Of a stretch of DNA of 64,000 nucleotides, positions 14,701 through 27,165 are shown piece by piece. The notes beneath the pieces are model-generated. The model was not told the origin of the DNA, searched no databases, and saw only the letters and a list, made by a program, of their open reading frames with translations. A program made the translations under genes and the position numbers. This stretch comes from Octopus vulgaris (lineage: Eukaryota): assembly GCA_951406725.2 (NCBI GenBank), contig OX597815.1, positions 164,300,001-164,364,000 of the forward strand, read 5' to 3'. Within the stretch, counting starts at the first letter, position 1, and each line of letters opens with the position of its first letter.

Positions 14701-14899
14701 ACATCACGAAGTTCGTTACAGGTGTTTCGTCTGCGGTTACGTTCTGAGTTCAAATCTCGCTGAGGTCCACTTTGCCTTTCATCCTTTCGGGGTCGATGAA
14801 ATAAGTACCAGTTACGCACTGGGGTCGATATAATCGACGTAATTCGTTGGTCTGTCCTTATTTGTCTGTGTTTAGCCCCTTGTGGGTAGTAAAGAAATA
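11724..14899 (+). mobile_element. SINE family B monomer plus partial tandem copy, split by the LTR element; 14-bp TSD
   Basis: SINE 11724-11950 resumes at 14725-14899; GTTATAACGTTAAG is present at 11710-11723 and 14900-14913. Confidence 0.88.
11955..14720 (+). mobile_element. Non-autonomous LTR retrotransposon (Gypsy-like termini, no gag/pol)
   Basis: LTRs at 11955-12566 and 14114-14720 (TG...CA, nearly identical); TSD GGTG at 11951-11954 and 14721-14724; PBS TGGTGGACTCCCGACGTGAT at 12568 resembling a tRNA-Trp 3' complement; PPT GGAGGGGAG before the 3' LTR; 1547-bp interior without recognisable coding motifs. Confidence 0.93.
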
Positions 14900-15419
14900 G
14901 TTATAACGTTAAGCTGCTGAAGGATATAAGCGGCCCCGCTCCACTTATATCATTGACTTCTCCTCCGGAACTTTTTCCTTTTCTTGTTTGTTTTATTGAT
15001 ATATTCATCGTAACGGTTTTAATTTTTGACCTCAGTTCAAATTGTAACAGACCAATTGTAGAGACCGCTGGACTGACTTGCCCCATTTTGGACCATAGGA
15101 GGGAATCTCGGTAATAATTTCTGTGAGTAAATTTTCCAAAGTGCCCTACGATAATTGTTTTGGATATATTTCCTTGGGTTTACTTCGTTAGCATTGGTGC
15201 CGTCCTTCGTCTTAGCTTGAATCATTTGAGCGCCTCTAAGCGTTTTCTATACTGAGAATCTCTGGATCTCGTCTGTTGGCTATATATGTATGTGTGTGTG
15301 CGTGTACGTGTGTGTGTATATATGTAGATACGTATATATATATGGCTGTTTTAATCTACTTTTTACCACAACCTCCTGACTGCTGTTTAAGTTAATCCTT
15401 CAACTTAAACTGTAAACAG

Positions 15420-15489
<70 letters not shown>

Positions 15490-15549
15490 CTATCTATCTA
15501 TCTCCTTTCACGCTATATATATGTGTGTCATAATGGACAGAATACAGCC

Positions 15550-15970
15550 AGACGGAGAGCTGGCAGAATCGTTAGCATGCCGGGCGAAATGCTTAGCAGT
15601 ATTTCGTCTGCCGTTACATTCTGAGTTCAAATTCCGCCGAGATCGACTTTGCCTTTCATCCTTTCGGGGTCGATATATAAAGTACCAGTTATGCACTGGG
15701 GTCGATGTAATCGACTTAATCCGTTTGTCTGTCCTTGTTTGTCCTCTCTTTGTTTAGCACCTTGAGGGTAGTAAAGAAACTGAAATAGGTATTTCGCCAG
15801 TCATTATGTCCTAAATTCAAATTCCGCCGTGGTCGACTTTGCCTTTCATCCTTTCGGGGTCGATATATAAAGTACCAGTTACGCACTGGGATCGATGTAA
15901 TCGACTTAATCCGTTTGTCTGTCCTTGTTTGTCCCCTTTATGTTTAGCCCCTTGTGGGCAATAAAAAAAT
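15550..15970 (+). mobile_element. SINE family B, monomer plus partial tandem copy
   Basis: Matches the family B head, central domain and tail; the second unit starts at ~15785. Confidence 0.85.
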
Positions 15971-16017
15971 AAGAATACTGACTGTATGTGTGTGTGTGTG
16001 CTTTGGTAAGTGTATAT

Positions 16018-16250
16018 CTATTTCTTTACTACCCACAAGGGGCTAAACACAGAGGGACAAACAAGGACAGACAAACGGGTTAAGTCTATGAGATCGATCC
16101 CAGTGCGTAACTGGTACTTAATTTATCGACCCCGAAAGGATGAAAGGCAAAGTCAACCTCGGCGGAATTTGAACTCAGAACGTAACGGCAGACGAAATAC
16201 GGCTATGGCATTTCGCCCGGCGTGCTAACGTTTCTGCCAGCTCGCCGCCT
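16018..16250 (-). mobile_element. SINE family B full copy, inverted relative to its neighbour
   Basis: Reverse complement of family B; AGTGTATATC on both flanks (TSD-like). Confidence 0.9.
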
Positions 16251-16522
16251 GTTAGTGTATATCATATTTTCGACGACTATCGACTATGTAATTTTCATCA
16301 TCTTCACCATTTCCTTACCACAGCTGTTGATTTTAATATTTCTAGGTACTTTGAGTTCTTTCAATTATCTTCGCATCGAAGCTGCGTCCAACTCACGCCA
16401 ATTCTTGCGGCGTTTACTTAAGCATCTTCCAAATTACCATTTGCGTTTTTAAAACAACTAAGAATGCGTGTATGTATGTGTGTGTGTGTACGTGCATGTA
16501 TGTATCCCTCTCACTCTCTATA

Positions 16523-16571
<49 letters not shown>

Positions 16572-16600
16572 GTATGCTTGTAGTATGTATATAAATATAT

Positions 16601-16670
<70 letters not shown>

Positions 16671-16803
16671 GCAACAACATTTTCTACACAAACTTTCTTG
16701 TTTGTAATATGTGTATGTGTGAATGTGTATGTTTTTGTGTGTACATGCATGTATGTATACACACATATACACATGTATGTATGTATGTGTGCAGTACGTA
16801 TAT

Positions 16804-16874
<71 letters not shown>

Positions 16875-17540
16875 TGCAACAATATTTTCTACACAAACTT
16901 TCTTGTTTGTAATATGTGTGTGTGTGTATGTGCGTGTGTGTATTCATGCACACATGTATATAATTGTATGTATGTATGTAGGTATGTATGAATATGTGTT
17001 CGCTGTGAGAGTGAGAACTGAAGAGAGAAAAACACACACATACACACACATACACTCACACACACATACACATAAATATATACTTACACACGCCTGCATG
17101 TATACATGCACTTTCTTGCATAAAATCAAACACACAGCCGTACACAAACACACCTGCACATCACATGATTGCTAATTACATAGTTAATGAACGCATGCAG
17201 AGCTTGCACAATAGCAATCCTTATTTCATAAATAGTTTATCTGTTCGGAATTATGCTATTTATCAGCTAACGTTTGCTTCGGTGCACTGATGTCTTTGTT
17301 TGGGAAACGAAATATATATTTCAATGGAGACGAAGATGAAGCTGTAGGCATGATAAAGTTACTGCAGTTGACATTTCGATAACTTCTGGATATCACTCAG
17401 GAAGATAAACTGAACATCGTGAAGCAAATAACTTTGGGGATGTATCTCATATACATATCTGTTTACACGTGTCAATTAATGTCCTCCGCCATCTTCTCTT
17501 CCTCGTCCTTCCCTTCCCTTCCCATCACGTCTCCTTTTAA

Positions 17541-17562
17541 GAACAACAACAACAACAACAAC

Positions 17563-17615
<53 letters not shown>

Positions 17616-17629
17616 TAATAATGATAATA

Positions 17630-17670
<41 letters not shown>

Positions 17671-17925
17671 AATAATAATACTAATAATAATAGTAATAAT
17701 AATAGTAATAGTAATAATAATGATAAGAAGAAGAAGAAGAAGAAGAAGACGACGAAGAAGAAGAAGAAGAAGAAGAAGAAGAAGAAGAAGAAGAAGACGA
17801 CGACGACGAAGAAGAAGAAGAAGAAGAAGAAGAAGAAGAAGAAGAAGAAGAAGAAGAAGAAGAAGAAGAAGAATGATGATGAGGATGATGATGATGATGA
17901 TTATAATAATAATAATAATAATAAG
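17541..17925. repeat. Compound trinucleotide microsatellite (AAC/AAT/GAT/AAG)
   Basis: Directly visible; source of the poly-N/D/K/R artefact ORFs. Confidence 0.97.
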
Positions 17926-17944
17926 CTAATGTCACACGCAATGA

Positions 17945-18415
17945 AGTAGACAGAAAGTGTAGACTCTGAAATGAAATACTGAAGAGTATTAATCACATTG
18001 TTGCCAGTTGCTCAGTCCTTGCCCCTACAGAATATAAAACCAGGCATGATCGAGATGGCTAATACTTTTCACCAGAATGTAAGCCGTCAGCTATGATATC
18101 CCGCACCCTAAAAACTGGTATGAATACTTTCCAGAGCCAGACTCCGGGGAAGAGAATGTTACCATTCTATGGGGTTATGCGATACATGCAGACAGGTAAA
18201 TAAGTATAACCGACCAGACATCGTCATCAAAGACCTAAGACAAAAAAAACATACCTGTTAATTGATATGACAGTGCCTTCTGATAGAAACATCTTAGCAA
18301 AGGAATTGGAGAAACTGTCGAATCATAAGGACTTTGAGATTGAAATATCTAAGATGTGGCAATTAAAAACCAAAACCATCTTTGTTGTTGTAGGTGCCCT
18401 AGGAATGATCAAGAT
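17945..18415 (+). mobile_element. Decayed R4/Dong-like non-LTR retrotransposon C-terminus (CCHC finger plus restriction-like endonuclease)
   Basis: Manual translation across frameshifts gives SINHIVASCSVLAPTEYKTRHD...NRPDIVIKD...LLIDMTVPSD...KELEKLSNHKD...VVVGALGMIK. Confidence 0.75.
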
Positions 18416-19094
18416 GAAGATGAAGCTGTAGGCATGATAAAGTTCCTGTAGCTGACACTTCGATAACTTCTGGATATCACTCAGGAAGATACCCTTTTAA
18501 TGAACGAAATAGTAGAATAATTAAAAGAGAAAAGAAAACAACAGAGCAAACAGATGGAAAGAGATGGAACTACGAAAGGAAAAAAATATATTCTATGGGT
18601 ATCTTTTGCCGAACCGCTAAGTTAAGGGGACGTAAACACACCAGCATCGGTTGTCAAGCGATGTTGCGGGGACAAACACAGACACACAAACATACACTCA
18701 CACATACATATATACATACATACGACGGGCTTCTTTCAGTTTCCGTCTATCAAATCCACTCACAAGGCTTTGGTCGGCCCGAGGCTATAGTAGGAGACAC
18801 TTGCCCAAGGTGCCACGCAGTGGGACTGAACCCGGAACCATGTTGTTCGTAAGCAAGCTACTTTATTTCATATAATTTGCCATTTAGGCATTTACAAAGA
18901 AGGGACAAACAAGGACAGACAAATATAAAGGGTGAAGTAGCTTAACACAGTTAAAATTTTCGAATGAAATTACGGATAAGATTATAAACAATGAGTTTTA
19001 CGAAGACAATGTTTAAAAATATTATTAATGATCATGTCGAAGGACGGACACCCAGCCATCCGGGTAGAACCTTTACTTTCTGATCCGGTCACAC

Positions 19095-22000
19095 TTACCT
19101 GGTGCCAAACATACCCAACTTGCATGCCACAGGCTTCCAACTTTTCACAAACATATCTCGTGACAGACACCTCTTCTCCAGCCTGATTTTGCTACTGAGG
19201 TGGTAACTAAAAAAGTTAATCAACCCCTGGCCGGAAACAAAGGTGCCTGTCACCATACCTTTCGTACGCGTCTTCCATACTGTTTCTTTCAGTATGGCTA
19301 CTACACAGAAAAAACAAGCCTTTCTTTCCCTGTTAAGGAAAGGAGGCGGCACAATTTCGATGATAGACTCAGCTGATAGCTGTACTCTTCCCATCACTGA
19401 CAACAGTTGTTCAGCAAAAGCTATCAGTCCCGATAACTCCGGACACTCCACGTATGCGTGCAAGACGGTCTCCCTATCCTGCTCACATCGCGGGCATGTC
19501 GGCGAGACGGCACTACCGTGCCTTGACAGCTTGTCGCGAACAGGTAAAGCCGCACGGAAACACGGCCAGGGATTTCTGGTAATTATCCAGATACCCCGGC
19601 CCGAACGTCCTCCGGAACAGGTTGACCAACTGATTTTCATCGTAGCCCAGGGTCTCCCCCAAGGCGTCTTCGGACTTAACCTCCACTAACCCGCTATAGG
19701 AATCCGTGGTGGAATTTCCTGTTGCCGGCGTTGCCCACCCGAGAGAGTAGCTGGAGCGCCTGACGGCACTCCAAATGCCATTCACTCAGTTTAGGTCTCC
19801 GCTTGATCCATGCACCAATGTCCGTTAGGGATGTTAACTGGGGAAGGTAGAACCGGACGTGCGGTGACCACACCTGCTCTCCATCCAGGTAAAGCCAGAG
19901 GTGCCTCAACCTTAACGCGAGTTTTCGCATCCTCAGCCAAGGCATCCCTAGCCCACACTTTTGCGGTTTCTGGCAGCAGACACAGCGCTTTACAAGTGGC
20001 TTTCCTCCTTTCCACAAAAATCGGAAAAGGATTCTCTCCAACTTGTTCAGCCACAAATCGGGGCAAGGCACCACGGTCAGACGGTAGGTGATTACTGATG
20101 CTATAAACATCTGCACCACCTCCGCCTTCCCTAGCAGGGATAACGCCCGCCCAGACCAGGTCTGGGTTAGAGCGGTCACCTTGTTGGCCACCTCACTCCA
20201 ATTTTTCTCAATCTGGAGGTCTGGCTCGAACCAGACTCCGAGCAGCTTAACAGGACCTTCCGTCCAACGCCATACGACGTTATTGGACGGCATCGGCTTG
20301 CCCCTCCAGGTGCCGAGTTGCAAACCGACCGACTTGTCCTTGTTAACCTTTGCTCCTTCCACCGCCTCGTAGCTTTTGATGGCCTCTTCCACCACTGGAA
20401 GCTGGCCTTCGTCTGCCACGATGATGGAGGTGTCATTCGCATACGCCGTAGCTCCTCTTCCACACCATAGATCATGCGGCGCGCCCCCTAGTGCCTCCAA
20501 CTTCCGCAGAAAAGGCTCAAGAGCCAATACGTATAGGAGCGAGGACAGGGGACACCCTTGACCAACTGAACGCTCGATCCTGAACGGCTTCGAAAAGAAA
20601 CCGTTCACCTTGACTACAGACTCGATGTCGCTATACAAAGCAGCGATCCAACCTCGAAAGGTCGGGCCTAGGCCAGCCTCTCCGAGGACCGCCGCCAAGT
20701 ACCGATGGTCGACCCTATCAAATGCTTTGGACTGGTCTAAATGTACCAGTGTTCCCCCTGCGCCAGAAATCTTCCCCACCCTCTCTAAGGAGTAGCGTAT
20801 AAGGTGAAGATTGTCGTAGATCGTTCTGCCAGGGATAGCGCACGTTTGCGCTTCCCCGACAAGTTTGTCCACGACCCGCGCCAACCTTTTTGCTAGCACC
20901 TTGGCCAGAATCTTTAACTCTGTGTTCAACAGAGTTATGGGCCTGAAGTTCCCTATCTCGTCCCCCTTGTTCGGGTCCTTCCTGATCAACGTCACCGCCC
21001 CCCGGCTCGCAGACTTGGGAATTCTCCCATTCTGCTGCCAGTTGGCGTAGACGCTAGCCAGCAGGTGCCCGAACAAGTCTGGCATACTTTTATAGAATTC
21101 ATAGGGCAGACCATCGAGACCCGGCGACTTCTCCCCGGGGCACTTGCCCAACACCTCGATTACTTCCTCGGCTGTGATTGGCCCTTCACAGCACTCAGCC
21201 TCTCGTGTCGAGAGGCGCGGGCCACCAGACAGGAAGTCCCTAAGGGCCTCACCATGATCCAGCGTCCCGCACCTCCCGAACAACTCGGCGAAGTGCTTGT
21301 AAAGTGCCTCACACATCTCGTCCCGCTTCTTGATCGTGCATCCGTTTTCATCAACAAGAGACCCAATTGTGACATCGTTGCCACGCTGGATTTCTATCGT
21401 ACGGGCCCATCCGGCAACATTAATTCCCTCACGGCCCAATGCTCGTACTTTAGCCCGAACTCTACATCCCTCATGTTTGGTTTTGAGGTGACGGTCTAAT
21501 GCCGTTCTCGCCGCTAAAATGTGAGATGCAGAGCCCAACCTCAACGCCTCCTCTAAGTTCTTAACTAGTTGCCCTTCTATTCTAGCCCTATCTAGTCTTA
21601 GTTGTTTACTAAATCTAATGGACTCGAATTGAATGGCTCTTTTGAGGGCGAACCACCACCGGTTATTATCCACGGCTCCGGTTAACGCCCTCTGCACTAA
21701 CACCTTAATCCGGCTACGGTATGCCTCGCGAGTCAAAATAGACTTGTTCAGCTTCCAGTAGCCGGTTCCTATCTTAAGTGTGCTATCTATGTCCAGTCTA
21801 CACGTAACCATTCTATGGTCAGTATAGGGCACCTGGACGAGCTGTGGACAACTAAAACTAGACTTATCTCTAGTTCTTATCACTATCCTGTCTAGATAAG
21901 ACTTGAACCTTCCGTCGCCACTCATCCAGGTCCACTCTGGGACGTTCGGATGGTCAAGTCTGTAACGATCTGCCAGCTGAAACCGCTTAAGCAGATCTAC

Positions 22001-22492
22001 GAGACGTGAGTTCACTTTCCTATAGATCGAGCCAACGCTATCGATGTGTACGTCAACGATAGCATCAAAGTCCCCTAATATCACTAAAGTCTTCGACGTC
22101 ACGAGAAAGCCCTCTAGGCGCCGATAAAAATCAGTTTGGAAACCTCTAGCACAAGGTGCATAGAGTCCGATCAACCTGAAGGCCTTACTGCTGTATGTCA
22201 CATCAAGGACGACCAGCCCACCTTCTGGGTCTACATAGACTGTACTTGTCTGCAGAGCCAAGTCTTTACGGATCAGTACCACTATACCCCCTCGCCCTCC
22301 GGTCTGGCCAGGAGACATGATTTTCTCGTAGCCATTCAGGAGAGGCGAGAAGGTTTGTAGGCTGTCCAGCTTGGTCTCTGTAGCAACCATCACATGTATA
22401 TCATGTGATCTGAGGTCGTCGAGGAAACAAGCCTGCTTCCACTTCGAACTCAGACCACGCACATTTAAACAACCAAGGTTAAGAGAAGCCAT
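19095..22492 (-). pseudogene. Tx1 ORF2: APE endonuclease + reverse transcriptase + C-terminal CCHC finger; 932-aa open part 22492-19694, then two frameshifts
   Basis: LNVRGL, ATETK, YLDRI, TDH (APE); SPGLDG, FRPITLLN, DQSKAFDRV, QGCPLS (RT); CPRC...H...C in the 19095-19640 frame. Catalytic motifs are altered: GDFN>GDFD and YADD>YAND. Confidence 0.95.
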
Positions 22493-22509
22493 TACAAAAA
22501 GTAAAAGTT

Positions 22510-23919
22510 CTACTTACATTTCGTTGGAGAGGTTGGGGCCGACCTCACCACACATTTGTGGGCCCCTTCTTTCTCCTCCTTCTTCAGATAGTCCGGCAAG
22601 TTCGCGATATGCCGGATGGCGTTTGGTTGTCTGTCTTTTAATTGTTTGAACGTTGTTTCCGCAATCCACGCATATCTCTCGTTTCGATCTTTGTATTTGT
22701 TGTACAGTCTTGCTGACTGATGCGGAACCACAATATCGTTTATGTATTTGTTTTGTGTGTCAAATTCAATTAATATGAGTTCATTCTTTTTTGTCTTCTC
22801 TGGGCCAGTTGAGCGGGATTTATTTTTCGTGTCTGTGGTGTGTCTTTGTTTTTATTATTTTTTGTAGGGGATGTGGACGGGGATGATGCACGAATTCTTT
22901 TACGAACTGTTGTAAATCTCCCCTCTGATACCTCCATGGTATCGTCTGGGGTAGCAATAGTTTGTTCAGTAGGCGCCGCAGTTTTTAAGGGGGTGGGAGG
23001 TTTTAATAATGTAGGGGTTTGTGAGTGCGAGGGCTGGGTTTTTTCTTCAGTTTGTTTTGGGGTTGGTACCGTAACAGCAGGAGTGGGATTTTTTGTTTTT
23101 GTAGGGGTGGGTGAGTTTGCAAGGGTAGGGATTTTTTTATTATCTAAGGGGCCTGGTGTCTGCGGTTTCTTTTGCTTGTCTGGACAGTCTACACGAATGT
23201 GGCCCTTTTTGCCGCAGGCGTAACAGGTGGGTTTTCGGCCTTCGACCTGTACCCTGAGGGCTACGTTCTCGCCCACGAGCACCCTCTCAGGAAGGAGCTG
23301 CAGGTCCTCCGGTGTTCCTTGAATTATTATATTAATGTTTCGCCCAAGCCAATATAGCGGGGCAGAGCATGTTACTTGTAGTATTTTAATTTTGTCCGTC
23401 CTTTTATATAACAGGGAGGCCACTACCTCTACCGGATCTACTTCCGGCGGGGCCTCTGCAATCCTGACCCGGGACGTCCTGCGTCCCCTATAGCTTGGGA
23501 AAAGTACCACCTCCTTGGTTTTTAGGGGGTTCACAGAATGCCCGCGGGCCACCTCTTCCCCCGAGAAGCGGACATCCACAGTGCCATATGCCCGTCCCCT
23601 GGCGACGTACACAATGTCCTTCCAAATCGGGGACAGGCATTTCTCGATGGTGTTTTTTTTCAAAGTGTTTGAACCTTCTGCTTTGTGGACAGAAGGTTTT
23701 AAACACTACGGTCCGCTTCTCGGTCTCCACGATACTGGTGGAGGGTGATATTTTAACATCACCACCCTCCTCTTGCATTCTTTTAAATAGCTCGACGAGC
23801 TGATTGACATTGATGTCAATGTTCTCGGTAGCCACTGCGGCTACCGCAGAAAATTTTTTACTACAGTTAACATTGCTCTCCTCAAGAGCACTACTTTCGT
23901 GAATAATCTCAACAGACAT
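22510..23919 (-). pseudogene. Tx1 ORF1 (gag-like, CCHC zinc knuckle), broken into three frames
   Basis: ATG at 23919; an extra A in the A8 run at ~23653-23660 separates it from the 297-aa part containing CYACGKKGHIRVDC and a Pro/Thr-rich tract; a third frame continues to a stop at 22510, 17 nt before ORF2. Confidence 0.8.
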
Positions 23920-25299
23920 TATTCTGTTGAAATTAGACAACACAAAAATTACGAATATTGGTTTCCCACAAAACTGGGAAACCTATAGAAAGTTTTTCTT
24001 CCAAAGCAGTTCAATAAGTGGTAAAAAGCAGTTCAAAAATTCCAATTCCCACCCCCATTCGGGGGAGGGGCACGAAAATAGTCTGGCAAGACTATATATA
24101 GTCACGTAGATAAAAATGCCACAATGGCTAACAGTTCAACAGTAACAAATTATCCAATTATTCCCCGGTAAAACCGGAGAACAAGACAGTTCAACAACGT
24201 TCAAAAACAAATTTTCAGTAGTAAAATTCAACAATTAACAACACAGCAAAACTCTTACCGGGAAGAAAACGCGTCCAAACACGTCCAAAGTCACTCTTCA
24301 GTCAGTGAGGTTAGCAAGCTACTTACCACACAGCCACTCCTACGCCTATATATCAGAAAGTTAGACAGATCATTTAAAAGAAGGAATAAAGGAAAAGCAG
24401 TATCACAAAATACTGAACAAGAATAATATACAAAAAAACTGAGAATGTAAACCATTGAGATAGGCCAAACACATGCAACCCAAGCGAAATGAACAACACG
24501 AGAAATCCAACCCTGAGAACTGCAAGATTATAACCAACAGAAAGAGAAGCAGAGTAGTACAAAGAAAACAATAAGTGATACTATAAAGAATATACGAATA
24601 GGGGTAAGTATGCTCCTGAAAATCTTAAATTGGGTATACTTCAAGAATTCAAAACGAAAGATCCTATGGACCCAAGAAAGCACTTCGTAATTCAATGATA
24701 ATAAAGCAGCAACATTAAACAAAACAATCTTGACTACCACGGATTTAATAGACATAGATGATAGAAACATCAACATTACCAGGCTAAAGTAATATTATAT
24801 GTAGCAGTCTCTGTGGTTACATAGAAAAATGATCACTCCCTAATATATACTCAAATAAGAGTATTTTAAACCTAGTAAATTATATAGAAAAAATATTCAG
24901 AAGAAAAAAATTAGAAGATTGGAGAAAAGATCTTTCAAATCTTTGTGAAAACAACAACGAAATGACACAACTACAAAACGGAAAGAGAGGCAAATTTACA
25001 TAAATACAACATAACAAAAGAAAAAAAGGGCTTGAGATCTTGAGAGTTCTCAAACAAGCGGTCCTCGCTGAATCGTAAAGAATTCGTTGGTATGAAAAAA
25101 TGTGAACGACTCTTTGCACGAAACAAACTTTACCACTCCAACTAAAAACGTTTTTACCAAGAAAACGTTTTAATTTGGAGGCATGGAGTATAGGCAGCGA
25201 CGAAATTACCACGGAAAATTTTGTCAGAACATCGAACACATCATCTGAATAACCCTAGGTGATAACAGCAGAACTAACCCAGATCCTGAAAATTAAATA

Positions 25300-25946
25300 T
25301 ACTGGAAGGCGGGTACCTAAAAGAAACCGGAATTATTTTATTCACTTAGTTTTACATGTTTATACTTTTATCGCCTGCGAAGTATTCTTCATTTGAAGCA
25401 ATGCATTGGTCCCGGTGCGTTTTCCATTGCTGGAAGTAGTGCTGGAACTCTAGCAAAATGGTGCCTTTTAACGCCTCCATCGTCAATTGTTCGGTGACGG
25501 TCCTCCAAGATCAGTTCAGGATTTTTCATGATGTTTTCATTTGTTCGGGAGGTTGATGGTCGCCTGAACGAGGTTGGTCACCAAGAACAAGTGACCAATC
25601 TTAAGGCGAGGAAACGACTCGTTAACTGATGTTTTGCTCATGTCAGTGTCCTTGTAAGCTGTTTGAAGCATGACAACTGTTTCGGTCGCCGTTTTCCCAA
25701 GCAGGAAACAGAATTTCACAGAAACACACTGTTCCTTCGTTTTAGCCATCGCAAAACATCGTTGAACAGGGGAGAAGCACTGTAAAACAAAGACGCACAC
25801 GTTGCAGTATGACCCAACTGGTCAACGCCAGTCAGCAGAATGATGTTTGAGGGTCGTATCAAGTGGCTTCTAGCGGTGGAAGCCTGAACTGCAACGGGAT
25901 TGTCCCTCAGAGAACGTTTCCAGTTACTTTTGGGTACCCCCTCGTA
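25300..25946 (-). mobile_element. Internally deleted mariner transposon
   Basis: N-terminal HTH MAKTKEQCVSVKFCFLLGKTATETVVMLQTAY; C-terminal FQQWKTHRDQCIASNEEYFAGD; imperfect TIRs GGGTACCTAAAAGAAACCGGAA and TTCCAGTTACTTTTGGGTACCC. Confidence 0.85.
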
Positions 25947-27165
25947 TAGATTAAATAAGAACTGGAAGCCATTCAGGCATGATGAAGTTTCCAATATCTG
26001 GTATTTAAGAAAGAAGCATAAAGTTCTAACGGTTTAATGAGATCCTGATGGAAATCTGGACAACGCCTAACAGGCTCACCGAAAAGAAAACCAGCTTGAT
26101 TCAGAAATCTATCGAAACCACAGACTTCCAGACAGACGCATAACATGCTCTCCTATAAGATACAAAGCTGTAGCTTCAATAATATCGCCGAGAGTGAAGA
26201 GATATCTAGAAGAAAGAAACCTGCTTTCAAAAAAATGGACTTATTAATCTCTCGGCTATTGTAATTTATGTATGACTATGTATATGTATGTATGTTTTAT
26301 GAGGACTGATTATTTTTTTTATTGTAAAATAGATTAGATCTGTAAGAAGTGAGATGATGTGTTTAATTCTTTGTGTTAATGGCAATCACAAAAACAGCTA
26401 AAGCAGAACATTATGCCACAAGATTGAGGCTTCACATATTAAACTTTCCTCCTCTTTATTCTCGCTTGTTTTTTTATGTTCCTTGAGCATATTGTACAAT
26501 CATATTTTTTTCTCAAAATATATAAGTAAATAAAACCTGTAAGAAGTAACGTTGCAATCGTTTGTGTTTAAGTCGCAATGCTACAAAGACTCATGACTAC
26601 ACAGATTAATTACTTATGACTGCCCACCGAAAGTGATGACAACGTCGATCCGAGATAAACTTGTAAGTAACGTTGTTATTGTTTGTGTCTATGACGCAAT
26701 GCTACATAGACTCATGTGACTACAAAGATTAATTACTGGTACTTGCTTATAATTGCCCACCGAAAGTGATGATAGCGTCGACCTAAGACATTCATCCACT
26801 TCTGCCTCCGGCATGTTGTTTCTCATGGGAGCGGAGGTGGCTAACGAGACCGATACGAGATAGGCAGAACCTGTGTCACAGAGGGCACTGAAAGTGACCC
26901 CGAGCAACAGCTGCAGAAAATTGATGACGACGTCTCCTCCTTTCTTCATGCTGTCTCCTGTGTTCGGTTTCAGAGCGCTCTACTCGAGCGACACAAGGAC
27001 TTCCATGCCTTCCGATTAACAAAGCTATTATTGAAAATTGGAGAAGAAAAAGGTTTAAGCATGGAATAGATTAACTACAAGATGGCTTTGGAGCTTATCC
27101 CCCACGGATAGATCATAGAAGTACAAGTCGTGATTAAGATAGCACCAGTAATAAGAAGATATATA

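Larger units (their letters stand above)
18864..24312 (-). mobile_element. Full-length L1/Tx1-clade LINE (~5.45 kb), mildly decayed, 12-bp TSD
   Basis: 5'UTR, gag-like ORF1 with a zinc knuckle, APE-RT-zinc finger ORF2, and a short 3'UTR ending at AATAAA; TSD AGCAAGCTACTT. Confidence 0.95.
18595..24346 (-). mobile_element. SINE family A copy split by the Tx1 LINE (18595-18863 and 24313-24346)
   Basis: The SINE body stops at AGCAAGCTACTT (18852-18863) and resumes with AGCAAGCTACTTACCACACAGCCACTCCTACGCC at 24313. Confidence 0.9.

Noticed and set aside
11955-14720. G/A bias in LTR-LTR differences as an editing signature
   Set aside because: Only about 4 substitutions, one at a CpG; too few to infer anything, and LTR differences arise after insertion.
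17419-17949. 176-aa poly-N/D/K protein
   Set aside because: Compound trinucleotide microsatellite.
23645-23665. A-AAA-AAC slippery site as a programmed -1 frameshift in Tx1 ORF1
   Set aside because: The frames join by removing one A (+1 shift), which fits a homopolymer indel or sequencing error; the element has other lesions.
19243-23803. Plus-strand ORFs overlapping the Tx1 element
   Set aside because: Antisense shadows of a GC-richer coding region with no motifs.
24285-24312. CUGAAGA at the Tx1 5' end as a hammerhead
   Set aside because: No downstream GAAA or helices in the right arrangement.
26255-27000. Possible solo LTR with a short internal duplication
   Set aside because: No clear TG...CA boundary with TSD could be fixed; only the ~75-bp duplication is certain.
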